Source: Patescibacteria group bacterium (lineage in GTDB: Bacteria > Patescibacteriota > Minisyncoccia > Phycocordibacterales > JBBTRF01). Taken from it: a stretch of DNA of 64,000 nt. Of this stretch, positions 26,285 to 36,017 are shown one piece after another (position 1 is the stretch's first letter; each line of letters begins with the position of its first letter). Where the stretch lies: the NCBI GenBank assembly GCA_038065315.1, contig JBBTRF010000001.1, positions 592,458-656,457 on the forward strand, written 5' to 3'. The notes under the pieces are model-generated. The model had not been told where the DNA came from and did not search any database. It saw only the letters and a list, made by a program, of their open reading frames with translations. The position numbers were made by a program, and so were the translations under genes.

Positions 26285-27595
26285 ATGATCTATAAAAGAA
26301 TAATCATCACCGGAGATGCAGGAAGAGGGAAATCCACCCTCGCGGCGGAACTTTCGAGAAAGTTTGGAATACCGAGCCACTCTACCGATGACTATTTTTA
26401 CGAAGTAAAATTTTCGAAACCGAGAGATCGACAACAGGCTTTGGAACAGATCTCAGAGACGTTTAAGCAGGAGAAATGGATCGTTGAGGGTACAACAGCT
26501 TGGCTTTTGGAGCCGGGCATGGCATCCGCGGATATTATTCTGTATCTGCGATACAAAAACATACTATCGCAGTGGGGCACTTTGTTGAGACGTGGCCTGT
26601 CGAGAGAAAATGAAAGAATAAAGCAGACACTTTTCCTGATGAAGCACGTTTTTTACAAGCGATACAGTCTTGGATACAAGAAAGGTAAGATGACCCACCA
26701 AGAATTTATCGAGCCTCACAAACACAAGGTCGTGACGCTCTCATCTTTCAAGGAGATAGAGGATTTTTTGCGAATAGGTCTGCTGAGTCTCCTCTTTTTA
26801 TTCTGTCCGACGCATGTCTTCGCCGCCTCAACCTCGTCTGTCGACTTCGTCCGCAATCAGATTTGGTTTTCCAAACAGCCCTTCAGGGCGGGGGAGCAGG
26901 TGAAGATCTATACCAGCGTGCTCAATGGTGGCACGGCGGACACGCGCGGTTCGGTAGAATTTTACGACGACCAAACGTTGCTCGGTACGACGCAATTCTC
27001 CGTCCTTTCTGGCGGCTCGCAGATCGTCTGGGTGCGTTGGCTGGCAGCTTCTGGCGAGCACCGATTTCGAGCCAAGATTGTTTCGATTCATGCCACCTAT
27101 CCCGATGGGAGAGAGGAGGATCTTCCGGATATTGAGAGCCCGGCACCGATTGGCGTTTTTGTACTAGAAGCATTACCACCGCCGCCGAAAAGTCCCGAAC
27201 AGAGTGCCGCAGGTATTCTTTTGGGAAAGATCTCTAGCGGACCACTCTTTGCTACCTCGACTATTGTGGGCGTAGGCGTCCACGGAGCGGTGTCGGCGCT
27301 GTCTGCTACGGATAGTGTGCTCAATACACTGCAAGCGAGTCTCGAAAAAGAAAAGGGGAGAGTCGACGAGCGTGTAGCATCACCCACCACGAGTGTTGGA
27401 GGAAAAACAGGCCTCGCCTCTGTCTCTGCCGCCATATCTTCTCTCGACACGCCGTTTCACACCCTGTATTCCTACCTGCTCCACTTCCTCACGTTCATCC
27501 TCGACCACAAAACACTTATCTATCTCGTATCAGCCTACGTGCTCTATAAAGCGATCAGGTACGGTATCCGACGCTTTTCTCGACGTGCGGTATAA
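26285..27595 (+). CDS. chimeric ORF: FlaR/adenylate-kinase-like P-loop domain joined to an exported CARDB/Ig-like membrane protein
   Basis: GDAGRGKST...WIVEG; internal signal-peptide-like LLSLLFLFCPTHVFA; C-terminal TM. Confidence 0.65.
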   Translation: MIYKRIIITGDAGRGKSTLAAELSRKFGIPSHSTDDYFYEVKFSKPRDRQQALEQISETFKQEKWIVEGTTAWLLEPGMASADIILYLRYKNILSQWGTLLRRGLSRENERIKQTLFLMKHVFYKRYSLGYKKGKMTHQEFIEPHKHKVVTLSSFKEIEDFLRIGLLSLLFLFCPTHVFAASTSSVDFVRNQIWFSKQPFRAGEQVKIYTSVLNGGTADTRGSVEFYDDQTLLGTTQFSVLSGGSQIVWVRWLAASGEHRFRAKIVSIHATYPDGREEDLPDIESPAPIGVFVLEALPPPPKSPEQSAAGILLGKISSGPLFATSTIVGVGVHGAVSALSATDSVLNTLQASLEKEKGRVDERVASPTTSVGGKTGLASVSAAISSLDTPFHTLYSYLLHFLTFILDHKTLIYLVSAYVLYKAIRYGIRRFSRRAV

Positions 27596-27603
27596 TACAG
27601 GGG

Positions 27604-29193
27604 ATGCCTGCCGTATCTCTCTTCATCCACAACGCCGGATATGTTCTCTCGTCGATCCTTATGACCGGCCTAATCGTCTCTGTCTACGTAAAGGATCACA
27701 AGACGCTGGCGAATCGGAAGATTATTGCCGCTTTTTTCGCGGTGGTGGTGTTCACCATCGCTCATGTGATTGGTGTGAATATCGCTGACCCGCACCTTTC
27801 TCGTCTCGCGCTGATGTTCACCAGCTCCGTCCTGCTCATCTCACCGTTCTTCGCGCATTGTGTCTTTGCACTCATCGGCCGAGCGGACAAAGAACGTGTC
27901 CCCCTTGCGATCGCATACCTCACCTCACTTATCTTGCTCGCTGTATTCGTGATCTTTCCAGACTCTTTTCTCCTGCCTTCCGAACCAAAACTCTATTTCC
28001 CGAACTACTACGTCGCCGGCTCGCTGTATTGGCTGATGGAGCTGATTTCCAATGGCCTCATCCCGGCATACTTTTTGTTTCGTATGATGCAGGCTTATCC
28101 CGCCGCTGACCCAGTGATGCGCAATCGTCTCAAGTACATGTTTGCAGCACTCTTTCTCGGGTATTCATTTGGCGTCACAGCGGTGCCCTTGGTGTTTGGT
28201 GTTGCGGTCAATCCCATCTGGTCAATCCTCTTTATCCCGTTTTTCACCCTGCCTTTTGCCTACGCTGTTTTGAAGTACGAACTCATGGATATCCGCGTGA
28301 TCGGAAAGCAAGCTTTTATCTATGCGGTGGTGGTGGGAGGAGTCAGCGTGCTCATCAGTATTCTCAATTATGCCAACAACCAGATTGTCGAAGTCGTTCC
28401 AGGTTTTCCGGTATGGGCTTTTCCGCTTGGTTCATCGCTGGTCGGTGTGTCGATCGGTCTCTTTATTTGGAGCAAGCTCCGCGAGACGGATTTTTTGAAA
28501 TACGGGTTTATCAATGTGGTCACGCACAAGTTTCGCACCCCGCTCACGCATATCAAATGGTCGGCCGATAGTCTTGGTGGCGTTAGTCTGCCGCCTGAGC
28601 AGCGAGAAAACGTGAAGACTATTCAGACGGCAGTGCAGCGACTCGTGGATCTCACCAATTTGCTGGTGAACCTTTCCGACGCGAATACAGATCGTGACGC
28701 GGCGGCTGTGGAGCCGGTGCGCCTCGATGTTTTGGCGCGAGAAGTGTTTGAAGAATATGACCGCCGCGTCAAAGAGAAAAAACTCGTTGTGACTTTCGAA
28801 GGGCTACTTCCTGGTACGACATTTCCTACCGTATCGGTGAATCGTGCAAAGATCGCCTACGCCCTGGAGATTTTCATTGACAACGCCATCAAATACACGC
28901 CTGCTGGCGGCGCGGTTGCTATTTCTTTTTATCACGACGGGCGTGTCGTGAAAGTGTCCGTAGCTGATACCGGGATGGGAATCGCTAAGGAGGATCTTGG
29001 TAGAATGTTCAACAAATTTTTCCGCACCCCAAAGGCGATGCGCGCCGATACGGAGGGTTTGGGCATTGATCTCTTCATGGCCCGCGAAGTGGTCCGAAAA
29101 CATGGCGGCGAAGTCTCCGTACATTCGGATGGCGAAGGGAGAGGGGCCACTTTCTCGATGTCGTTACCGATCAAGACAAAACCTTCGGCATAG
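27604..29193 (+). CDS. multi-TM sensor histidine kinase (orphan)
   Basis: THKFRTPL H-box, DNAIKYT, DTGMGI and HGG.V.V.S.G.G.G; about 9 hydrophobic segments. Confidence 0.9.
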   Translation: MPAVSLFIHNAGYVLSSILMTGLIVSVYVKDHKTLANRKIIAAFFAVVVFTIAHVIGVNIADPHLSRLALMFTSSVLLISPFFAHCVFALIGRADKERVPLAIAYLTSLILLAVFVIFPDSFLLPSEPKLYFPNYYVAGSLYWLMELISNGLIPAYFLFRMMQAYPAADPVMRNRLKYMFAALFLGYSFGVTAVPLVFGVAVNPIWSILFIPFFTLPFAYAVLKYELMDIRVIGKQAFIYAVVVGGVSVLISILNYANNQIVEVVPGFPVWAFPLGSSLVGVSIGLFIWSKLRETDFLKYGFINVVTHKFRTPLTHIKWSADSLGGVSLPPEQRENVKTIQTAVQRLVDLTNLLVNLSDANTDRDAAAVEPVRLDVLAREVFEEYDRRVKEKKLVVTFEGLLPGTTFPTVSVNRAKIAYALEIFIDNAIKYTPAGGAVAISFYHDGRVVKVSVADTGMGIAKEDLGRMFNKFFRTPKAMRADTEGLGIDLFMAREVVRKHGGEVSVHSDGEGRGATFSMSLPIKTKPSA

Positions 29194-29214
29194 TTGGCGT
29201 ATTTTTTCTCGCCA

Positions 29215-29640
29215 CTACTTCTTGCGCTTCTCTTTTTTGTCTTTTCCGTACAGATATTTCGATTCTCTCGTGAGAGCGAGAATGCCGACTACTACCACGT
29301 AGGTCGCGCGCACCTCAGCGGGCATCTCGTAGTGTTCTCGGTTGATGAAACCGGCGATGATCAGGCCGAAGATCAAGAGCGTCCAGGCAATAACATACAA
29401 TTCGCCTGGATGAATGGTTTCATGCTTGTCGTGCCAACGCTTGAATTCTTTTTCCGCACTGTAGATGGCGAGTGAGGCACCGTACAGCACGGCGATGATG
29501 AGGATGATTTCGTGGTGGTCAAGGATATTCTCGTGAAGATAGTCGTAGACGATGGCGGAGAAGAACACGAGCGTCCAAAAATCGGTCAGGATTCTCCAGA
29601 AAGACTCCTCGGCTCTTTTGCGGATCTGGTGTATCCTCAT
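29215..29640 (-). CDS. four-TM membrane protein
   Basis: Hydrophobic segments; KEFKRW and HPGELYV. Confidence 0.7.
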   Translation of the reverse strand: MRIHQIRKRAEESFWRILTDFWTLVFFSAIVYDYLHENILDHHEIILIIAVLYGASLAIYSAEKEFKRWHDKHETIHPGELYVIAWTLLIFGLIIAGFINREHYEMPAEVRATYVVVVGILALTRESKYLYGKDKKEKRKK

Positions 29641-29664
29641 ACATACACAGTATCTCATATTTTT

Positions 29665-31356
29665 ATGAAACAAGCCCAGGCGCTCGAACTACTCAAAACC
29701 GGCAGAAATGTCTTCATCACTGGCGCGGCCGGCAGTGGCAAGACGCACCTGGTGAATTCGTACATTTCGTATTTGCGTGAGCGTGGAGTGGATATGGGCA
29801 TCACCGCCTCCACCGGTATCGCCGCGACACACATGGGCGGGGTTACGATTCATTCGTGGTCGGGCATGGGGATCCACGCGTTTCTTTCCGAATACGACAT
29901 CGAAGGGATGCGTGAGAAGCCGTATCTGGCGAAGCGTTTCGAACGGGTGAAGGTGCTGATCATCGACGAAGTTTCGATGCTTCATCATTTTCGCCTCGAC
30001 TTGGTGGACCAGATTTTGCGGACAATGAAAAAAGTCGATGATCCTTTCGGTGGAGTGCAGGTGGTGTTGTGTGGTGACTTTTTCCAGCTCCCGCCGGTAT
30101 CGCGCTTTGGCGAACAGCCGGCGCATTTTGTGTATCACTCCGAAGCATGGAAAAATGGTGATTTCTGCGTCTGTTATCTCGACGAACAATTCCGCCAAAA
30201 TGATCCCGAAGCCATCGGTCTGCTCAACGAGATCCGTTCCGGTGAGGTGTCGGCAAAGACACATGCGTTGCTCGAAAAACATTCGCATCCGCACAAAAAA
30301 GTGCTCATCACCGAGCCGACGCGCCTCTATACGCACAATGAAGATGTCGATGCGATCAACGAGCGCGAATTGGCGAAGCTCGTCGAGGCGGCCTCAGCGG
30401 AATATGCGATGGAGGAAAGAGGGAAGCCTTTTATTGTCGAAGCGCTCAAAAAGTCTTGCTTGGCGCAGCCGAACCTGAGGCTGAAGGTCGGTGCGCGGGT
30501 GATGTGTATTAAGAACAATTTTGAAGAGGGGTATGTAAACGGCACGCTTGGGGTGGTGGTGTCATGCAGCTTCAATGAAGATCCGGTGGTGAGGTTGTCG
30601 AGCGGTAAACGGGTGAGTATCGGCAAGGCTTCGTGGAAGATCGAGGAGGATGGGAATACGAAGGCCGAGCTGCTTCAGTATCCGCTGCGGTTGGCATGGG
30701 CGATCACCGTGCACAAGAGTCAGGGCATGAGCCTCGATGCGGCAGAGATGGATCTGTCGAAGTCTTTCGAGCCGGGTATGGGATATGTGGCATTGTCCCG
30801 CGTGCGGAGCTTGGCGGGGTTACGCATTTTAGGTTTGAACGCTAAGGCACTCGAAGTGAACCAGGAGGTGTTGGAATTCGATGGGCAGCTTCGGGAAGCG
30901 TCGGTCCGCGCTGAAGAGAAGTTGGGGGGTATGTCACCGGCCCAGCTTGCGGCTGAACAAAAAGATTTCATGGAATATTGTGTGCCGGAGCGTGCGGCGG
31001 GGAAGAAAGCTCCGAAAATACCAACGCACGAGATCACCGCCGCGCTCATCGACAAGAAAAAAACGCTCGCCGAGATCGCCCGCGAGCGCGGCCTCACCAC
31101 GGAGACGATTGTCGATCATATTGAGAAGCTCATCGAAGAGGACTATGGCACCGACATTGCGTATCTCAAAAAAGATATTTCAAGGACCCATTGGTTGAAG
31201 ATCGATAAAGTATTCGAAGAGATGTTGGCCGATGAAAAGTGTGACGGTATTTTCCTTGCGCCGGCCAAAAAGAAGCTTGGCGCCAATATCTCGTACGTCG
31301 AGATCCGCCTCGCCCGCGCTCTGAAAGGTCTGGTACCAAAGCAGAAAAAGTCGTAG
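29665..31356 (+). CDS. Pif1/RecD-like SF1B helicase with C-terminal HTH
   Basis: GAAGSGKT, IIDEVSM, GDFFQLPPV, AITVHKSQGMSL and YVALSR. Confidence 0.93.
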   Translation: MKQAQALELLKTGRNVFITGAAGSGKTHLVNSYISYLRERGVDMGITASTGIAATHMGGVTIHSWSGMGIHAFLSEYDIEGMREKPYLAKRFERVKVLIIDEVSMLHHFRLDLVDQILRTMKKVDDPFGGVQVVLCGDFFQLPPVSRFGEQPAHFVYHSEAWKNGDFCVCYLDEQFRQNDPEAIGLLNEIRSGEVSAKTHALLEKHSHPHKKVLITEPTRLYTHNEDVDAINERELAKLVEAASAEYAMEERGKPFIVEALKKSCLAQPNLRLKVGARVMCIKNNFEEGYVNGTLGVVVSCSFNEDPVVRLSSGKRVSIGKASWKIEEDGNTKAELLQYPLRLAWAITVHKSQGMSLDAAEMDLSKSFEPGMGYVALSRVRSLAGLRILGLNAKALEVNQEVLEFDGQLREASVRAEEKLGGMSPAQLAAEQKDFMEYCVPERAAGKKAPKIPTHEITAALIDKKKTLAEIARERGLTTETIVDHIEKLIEEDYGTDIAYLKKDISRTHWLKIDKVFEEMLADEKCDGIFLAPAKKKLGANISYVEIRLARALKGLVPKQKKS

Positions 31357-31640
31357 GGCGGAAGTGTTCCGCCGCGTACCTCGTCTGTTATACTTCCTTT
31401 GTGGGCAAGGTCAGAACGTTTTTGCAGAAGATCCCCAAGCCGCTCCGCTGGGCGGCCGGTGCCTTTTGTATTGTTGCCGGCATCTTCAGTATTCTCACAC
31501 CGCTTACTCCGTGGGGCATTTTGTTCTTTGTCGGCCTCGAGTTGATTGGCATCCGCCTCCTCTTTGTCGAAAAAGGGAAGGCGCACGTTTTGCATTGGTA
31601 CCAGCGTGTTAAGATAGCATATATAAAATACTCTCAACGT

Positions 31641-32264
31641 ATGAATGACTCCACATTTCTTTCGAATCTGCAGTGGCGCTACGCGACCAAAAACTTTGAT
31701 GGTTCAAAACTCTCAGACAAGCAGCTCGAGGCGATCTTGGATGCAGTTCGCTTCGCACCGACTTCGTATGGCCTGCAGCCATTCCATGTGACTGTCGTCT
31801 CCGACGCGGCTCTCCGTGAACAAATGAAAAAAGCATCGTGGGATCAGCCACAGCTCACCTCGTCTTCGCATGTGTTGGTATTTTCCGCACGCACCGACCT
31901 GAAGGATCGCATCGAAGCCCATCTCATGAATACTGCCGGCGGCAATCCAGAGATTCGCGCGAAGCTTGCCGGTTTTGAGGGTATTTTGAAAGAATTTTCA
32001 ACAGACATGACCGACGCGGCGGTGCAGGAGTGGGCGAGCAAGCAGGCCTACATCGCTCTCGGCTTTGGCTTGGCGGCTTGTGCCGAGTTGCAGATCGATT
32101 CGTGTCCGATGGAAGGTTTCGATCCTGTGCAAATGAAGCAGATCCTCGCCTTACCGGCTCACCTCTATCCGTGTGTCATGCTGGCTGTGGGGAAGCGTGC
32201 TGCGAGTGAGGTACTGAAGCCGAAAGTTCGATTCGACAAGGCGGATCTTTTTGACACGCGATGA
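31641..32264 (+). CDS. nitroreductase family NAD(P)H oxidoreductase (in-frame hydrophobic extension possible from 31401)
   Basis: WRYATKNF, APTSYGLQP and DSCPMEGFD. Confidence 0.92.
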   Translation: MNDSTFLSNLQWRYATKNFDGSKLSDKQLEAILDAVRFAPTSYGLQPFHVTVVSDAALREQMKKASWDQPQLTSSSHVLVFSARTDLKDRIEAHLMNTAGGNPEIRAKLAGFEGILKEFSTDMTDAAVQEWASKQAYIALGFGLAACAELQIDSCPMEGFDPVQMKQILALPAHLYPCVMLAVGKRAASEVLKPKVRFDKADLFDTR

Positions 32265-32815
32265 TCATCGGTATTACAGGAACAATTGGTGCTGGCAAGG
32301 GCACGGTAGTGGAGTATCTGGTGCAGAAGAAAGGGTTCGTACATTTTTCTGCGCGGGCGCTTATTTTGGAAGAAGTGAAAAAGCGCGGATTGGAAGTGAT
32401 ACGAGAAAATACGACGCTGGTCGCCAATGATCTCCGCGCGGCGTTCGGCCCAGACTACATTGCCAAAGAGCTGTGCCGCCGCGCGGCCGAGGTCCAGAAG
32501 CAAGGCAAGAATGCTGTGGTGGAGTCGCTTCGCAGTATTGGCGAGATTGAATTCATCCGTGCTATTCCCGGCAGCAAGGTCTTCGCCGTGGATGCCGATC
32601 CAAAGATTCGCTATGAACGTGTTCAGTCCCGAAAATCCGAACTCGATCAGATCACCTTTGAGCGGTTTGCCGCTCAGGAAAAAGCGGAGATTAATCCTGA
32701 TGATCCAACCAAAGGGAACCTATCAGCTTGCATCGCCATGGCCGACGTTGTGTTTATGAACAACGGAAATTTTGAAGAGTTGAGCAAACAGGTCGAAAAA
32801 GCCCTCGCTCGATAG
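32261..32815 (+). CDS. P-loop nucleoside-monophosphate/dephospho-CoA-kinase-like protein
   Basis: IIGITGTIGAGKGT, VVESLR..E and ADVVFMNNG. Confidence 0.85.
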   Translation: MIIGITGTIGAGKGTVVEYLVQKKGFVHFSARALILEEVKKRGLEVIRENTTLVANDLRAAFGPDYIAKELCRRAAEVQKQGKNAVVESLRSIGEIEFIRAIPGSKVFAVDADPKIRYERVQSRKSELDQITFERFAAQEKAEINPDDPTKGNLSACIAMADVVFMNNGNFEELSKQVEKALAR

Positions 32816-32844
32816 GGTGGGGTGAAGTGCGGTATACTACCAGT

Positions 32845-34419
32845 ATGAAACACATGACGAAGTATTTTTCTGTCTTTAAAACGCCTAAGGGCTATATTTC
32901 AGCGGCCATTGTGTTGCTCGTGTTAGCGGGTTGGGGGTTGTCCGGCGAAAAGACCCCGCTTTTTAGCGGTACACTCACCGTGGTGAAGCGCGATATCGCT
33001 CAGAAAGTGAGCGTCACTGGTCGCGTGAAGTCGGTGTCCGATGTTGCGTTGGCTTTTGAAAAATCCGGCCGTGTGAGTCGCGTGTATCACGAAGTGGGCG
33101 CTGAGGTAAAGCCTGGCGATGCTTTGGTGTCTCTGGAAAATGCCGATTTGTATGCCCAGCTTCAGCAGACGCAAGCTGCTGTGAAGGTGCAACAGGCCAA
33201 GCTCGATGCACTGAAGGCGGGCAGTGCCGCGTCGGATATTCGCATTGCCGAGATATATGTCATCAATGCGAAAGCAGCTCTCGAGGATACTCGTCGCGCC
33301 GCCGTCGATGCTCTGACGGCGGCGCAGACCAATGCCGACGATGCTCTGCACAATAAAGTCGACGCATTCTTCAGTAATCCTCGGACTTCGACCCCGCAAT
33401 TCAATCCTCAAACCGACGGTCAATTGCGCACATCGATCCAGGGCGCGCGAGTGGGGCAGGACGATGCTCTGATCGCTTGGAAATCTCTTTTGTCGCAGAT
33501 GTCGGTCGATCTTGAGAAAGTGGCCTTTCCAACATACTTTACCGATGCAAAGACCCGTCTGTCGACGCTTAAAATGCTTGTAGACTACATCGCCGAAGCA
33601 GTAAATGCCCTCTCCTCCGGCACCGGCCTGACTCAGACGACTATCGATACATACAAAGCGGCTATTCTGGCTGCCCGCACCGCTATTTTGACCCAGCAGG
33701 CGGCGATCACAAGCGCGGAACAGGCACTCCGCGCGGCCGAGGCGACGCTCGCCTTGAAGCAGTCTCAATATGATCAGGCTAAAGCTCCTGCGCGCTCTGA
33801 AGACATTCGCGCGCAGGAGGCCAATGTAGAGTCCGCTTCAGCAAGCGAAGCTGCGGCATACGCGGCGCTCGAAAAGACGATCTTGCGCTCACCTATCGTC
33901 GGCGTTGTGACTGCGAAGAATATCGAGGTGGGGGAGATTGTGCCGGCGAATACTGCAGCGGTGTCCGTGATGTCTCGAGGTGTGTACAAAATCGAAGCGA
34001 GTGTTGCTGAGTCGGATATCGCCAATGTTCGTGTCGGCAACAAAGCCGATGTCACTCTCGATGCATATCAAGATGCACACTTTGATGCCGTGGTGACGGC
34101 CGTCGATCCTGCAGAAGTGATCATTGAGGGCGTGCCGACATACAAAGTGACACTCAATTTTGTGAAGAAGGACGAGCGGATCCGATCTGGCATGACCGCA
34201 AACACTGACATCATCACCGCCGAGGTGAAAGGGGCTATTTTGGTACCGTCACGTTCTTTGTATAGCAAGGACGGTAAGCGCTATGTGAAGGTGAACGGCG
34301 CGGACGGTGTAGTTGTCGAGCGAGCTGTGGAGGTAGGTATTAAAGATGGCGAAGGGAACACACAAATCGTCTCCGGAGTGAATGAGGGGGATGTGGTGGT
34401 CACATCGTCGGTGCAATAA
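32845..34419 (+). CDS. MacA/HlyD-like efflux adaptor subunit
   Basis: N-terminal anchor, lipoyl halves (G.V..V...VG..V..G; LRSPI.GVV), long coiled coil. Confidence 0.9.
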   Translation: MKHMTKYFSVFKTPKGYISAAIVLLVLAGWGLSGEKTPLFSGTLTVVKRDIAQKVSVTGRVKSVSDVALAFEKSGRVSRVYHEVGAEVKPGDALVSLENADLYAQLQQTQAAVKVQQAKLDALKAGSAASDIRIAEIYVINAKAALEDTRRAAVDALTAAQTNADDALHNKVDAFFSNPRTSTPQFNPQTDGQLRTSIQGARVGQDDALIAWKSLLSQMSVDLEKVAFPTYFTDAKTRLSTLKMLVDYIAEAVNALSSGTGLTQTTIDTYKAAILAARTAILTQQAAITSAEQALRAAEATLALKQSQYDQAKAPARSEDIRAQEANVESASASEAAAYAALEKTILRSPIVGVVTAKNIEVGEIVPANTAAVSVMSRGVYKIEASVAESDIANVRVGNKADVTLDAYQDAHFDAVVTAVDPAEVIIEGVPTYKVTLNFVKKDERIRSGMTANTDIITAEVKGAILVPSRSLYSKDGKRYVKVNGADGVVVERAVEVGIKDGEGNTQIVSGVNEGDVVVTSSVQ

Positions 34420-34426
34420 TGAGCCA

Positions 34427-35146
34427 ATGTCTCTGATTGAAGTAAAAAATGTTACGAAGATATACACCAACGAAGGTGTAGAGACGCCGGCGTTGCGCGG
34501 CGTCTCATTCGGCGTGAAGAAAGGCGAATTCGTGGCGATCATGGGTCCGTCGGGCTCTGGCAAGTCAACGTTACTGCACATCTTAGGTTTTCTCGATGAA
34601 CACACTGGCGGTGAATATCATTTCGAGGGCAAGAATGTAAAGTCGTATGCTCCGGAAGAGGTTTCGAAAATTCGCAATGGTCGGATGGGTTTTATTTTTC
34701 AGGCGTTCAATTTATTGCCACGTACCACCGTGCTCGAGAATGTGAAATTGCCGTTACTGTATTCTGATGTGCCGCCGGAAAGTTGGGATGCACTGGCGAA
34801 AAAGGCCCTGGAGTCGGTTGGGATGCTGCATCGCTTAGAACACGAGCCGGCCCAGCTTTCCGGCGGCGAAAAGCAGCGCGTGGCTATCGCCCGCGCGCTC
34901 GTCTTGGAGCCGTCGGTCATTTTTGCCGACGAACCGACCGGCAACCTCGACTCAAAATCCGGAAGAATGGTGATCAAGACCATTCAAGATCTCAATGAGA
35001 AGCACGGTCACACGATCATCCTCATCACCCACGAGACGAGCACGGCTGAACATGCCCAGCGCATTATTCGCGTCATGGACGGCAGTATCGAGAGCGATAC
35101 CAAGGTCGCGCACCAGCGCCGCGCGGACGAGGGGTATGCGAAATAA
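34427..35146 (+). CDS. ABC transporter ATP-binding protein (MacB/LolD-like)
   Basis: [18 protein letters not shown] and ADEPTGNLD. Confidence 0.96.
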   Translation: MSLIEVKNVTKIYTNEGVETPALRGVSFGVKKGEFVAIMGPSGSGKSTLLHILGFLDEHTGGEYHFEGKNVKSYAPEEVSKIRNGRMGFIFQAFNLLPRTTVLENVKLPLLYSDVPPESWDALAKKALESVGMLHRLEHEPAQLSGGEKQRVAIARALVLEPSVIFADEPTGNLDSKSGRMVIKTIQDLNEKHGHTIILITHETSTAEHAQRIIRVMDGSIESDTKVAHQRRADEGYAK

Positions 35147-35172
35147 TATCAGTCAGACAAATCAAATAGGAT

Positions 35173-36009
35173 ATGAAAAAACTACGATCACAAAAAGATA
35201 TGATGCCGGCGATTTTTGAGGCAAAAGAGGTTCGCCGCGTTTGGCACGATGAGCAGTGGTATTTTGTCGTCGAAGACACAGTGCAGGTACTCATTGATTC
35301 TGAAAACACAAAACAGTACATTCAAAAAATGAAACAACGTGATATCCATCTCAGTCAAGGGTGGGTACAAATTGTCCACACCCTTGACGTGCCGACGAAA
35401 GGTGGTGTTCAGAAGATGAACTGTGCGAGTCTGCAGGGAATTTTTCGCATTATTCAATCGATCTCATCACCCAAAGCAGAACCTTTCAAGCAGTGGCTTG
35501 CGAAGGTAGGACAAGAGCGGATTAGTGAAATGATGAATCCTGAGATTGCACTCAATCGCTCGAGAGAATATTGGCAGAAGCATGGTAGAAGTGAAAAGTG
35601 GATACAGCAAAGAATGATGGGGCAGGAGACCCGCAACAAGCTTACGGATTACTGGAAAGAATCAGGTGTAGAAGAGGGTAAAGAATATGCTATCTTAACC
35701 AATATCATTCACCAGGAATGGAGCGATCTTGGTGTGCAGGATCATAAAAAAGTAAAAGGGTTGGGAAAAGGTACAAATTTGCGTGACCACATGTCTGAAG
35801 CCGAATTGATCTTTACGGCTCTCGCAGAACTTTCTACCAGACAAATCGCAGAGAGTATGGAGACAAAAGGACTTGAAGAAAATAAAGTACCAGCAAAACG
35901 CGGCGGGAAGATTGCAAAAGATGCCAGAATTGCGCTCGAAGAAAAAACGGGTAAAAAAGTTGTGACAGGTGAGAATTATCTGCAGTCAGGTAAAAAGAGA
36001 TTGGAATAA
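35173..36009 (+). CDS. Bro-N domain protein
   Basis: VRRVW..EQWYF, RIIQSISSPKAEPFKQWLA and NLRDHM. Confidence 0.88.
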   Translation: MKKLRSQKDMMPAIFEAKEVRRVWHDEQWYFVVEDTVQVLIDSENTKQYIQKMKQRDIHLSQGWVQIVHTLDVPTKGGVQKMNCASLQGIFRIIQSISSPKAEPFKQWLAKVGQERISEMMNPEIALNRSREYWQKHGRSEKWIQQRMMGQETRNKLTDYWKESGVEEGKEYAILTNIIHQEWSDLGVQDHKKVKGLGKGTNLRDHMSEAELIFTALAELSTRQIAESMETKGLEENKVPAKRGGKIAKDARIALEEKTGKKVVTGENYLQSGKKRLE

Positions 36010-36017
36010 TATTTATC

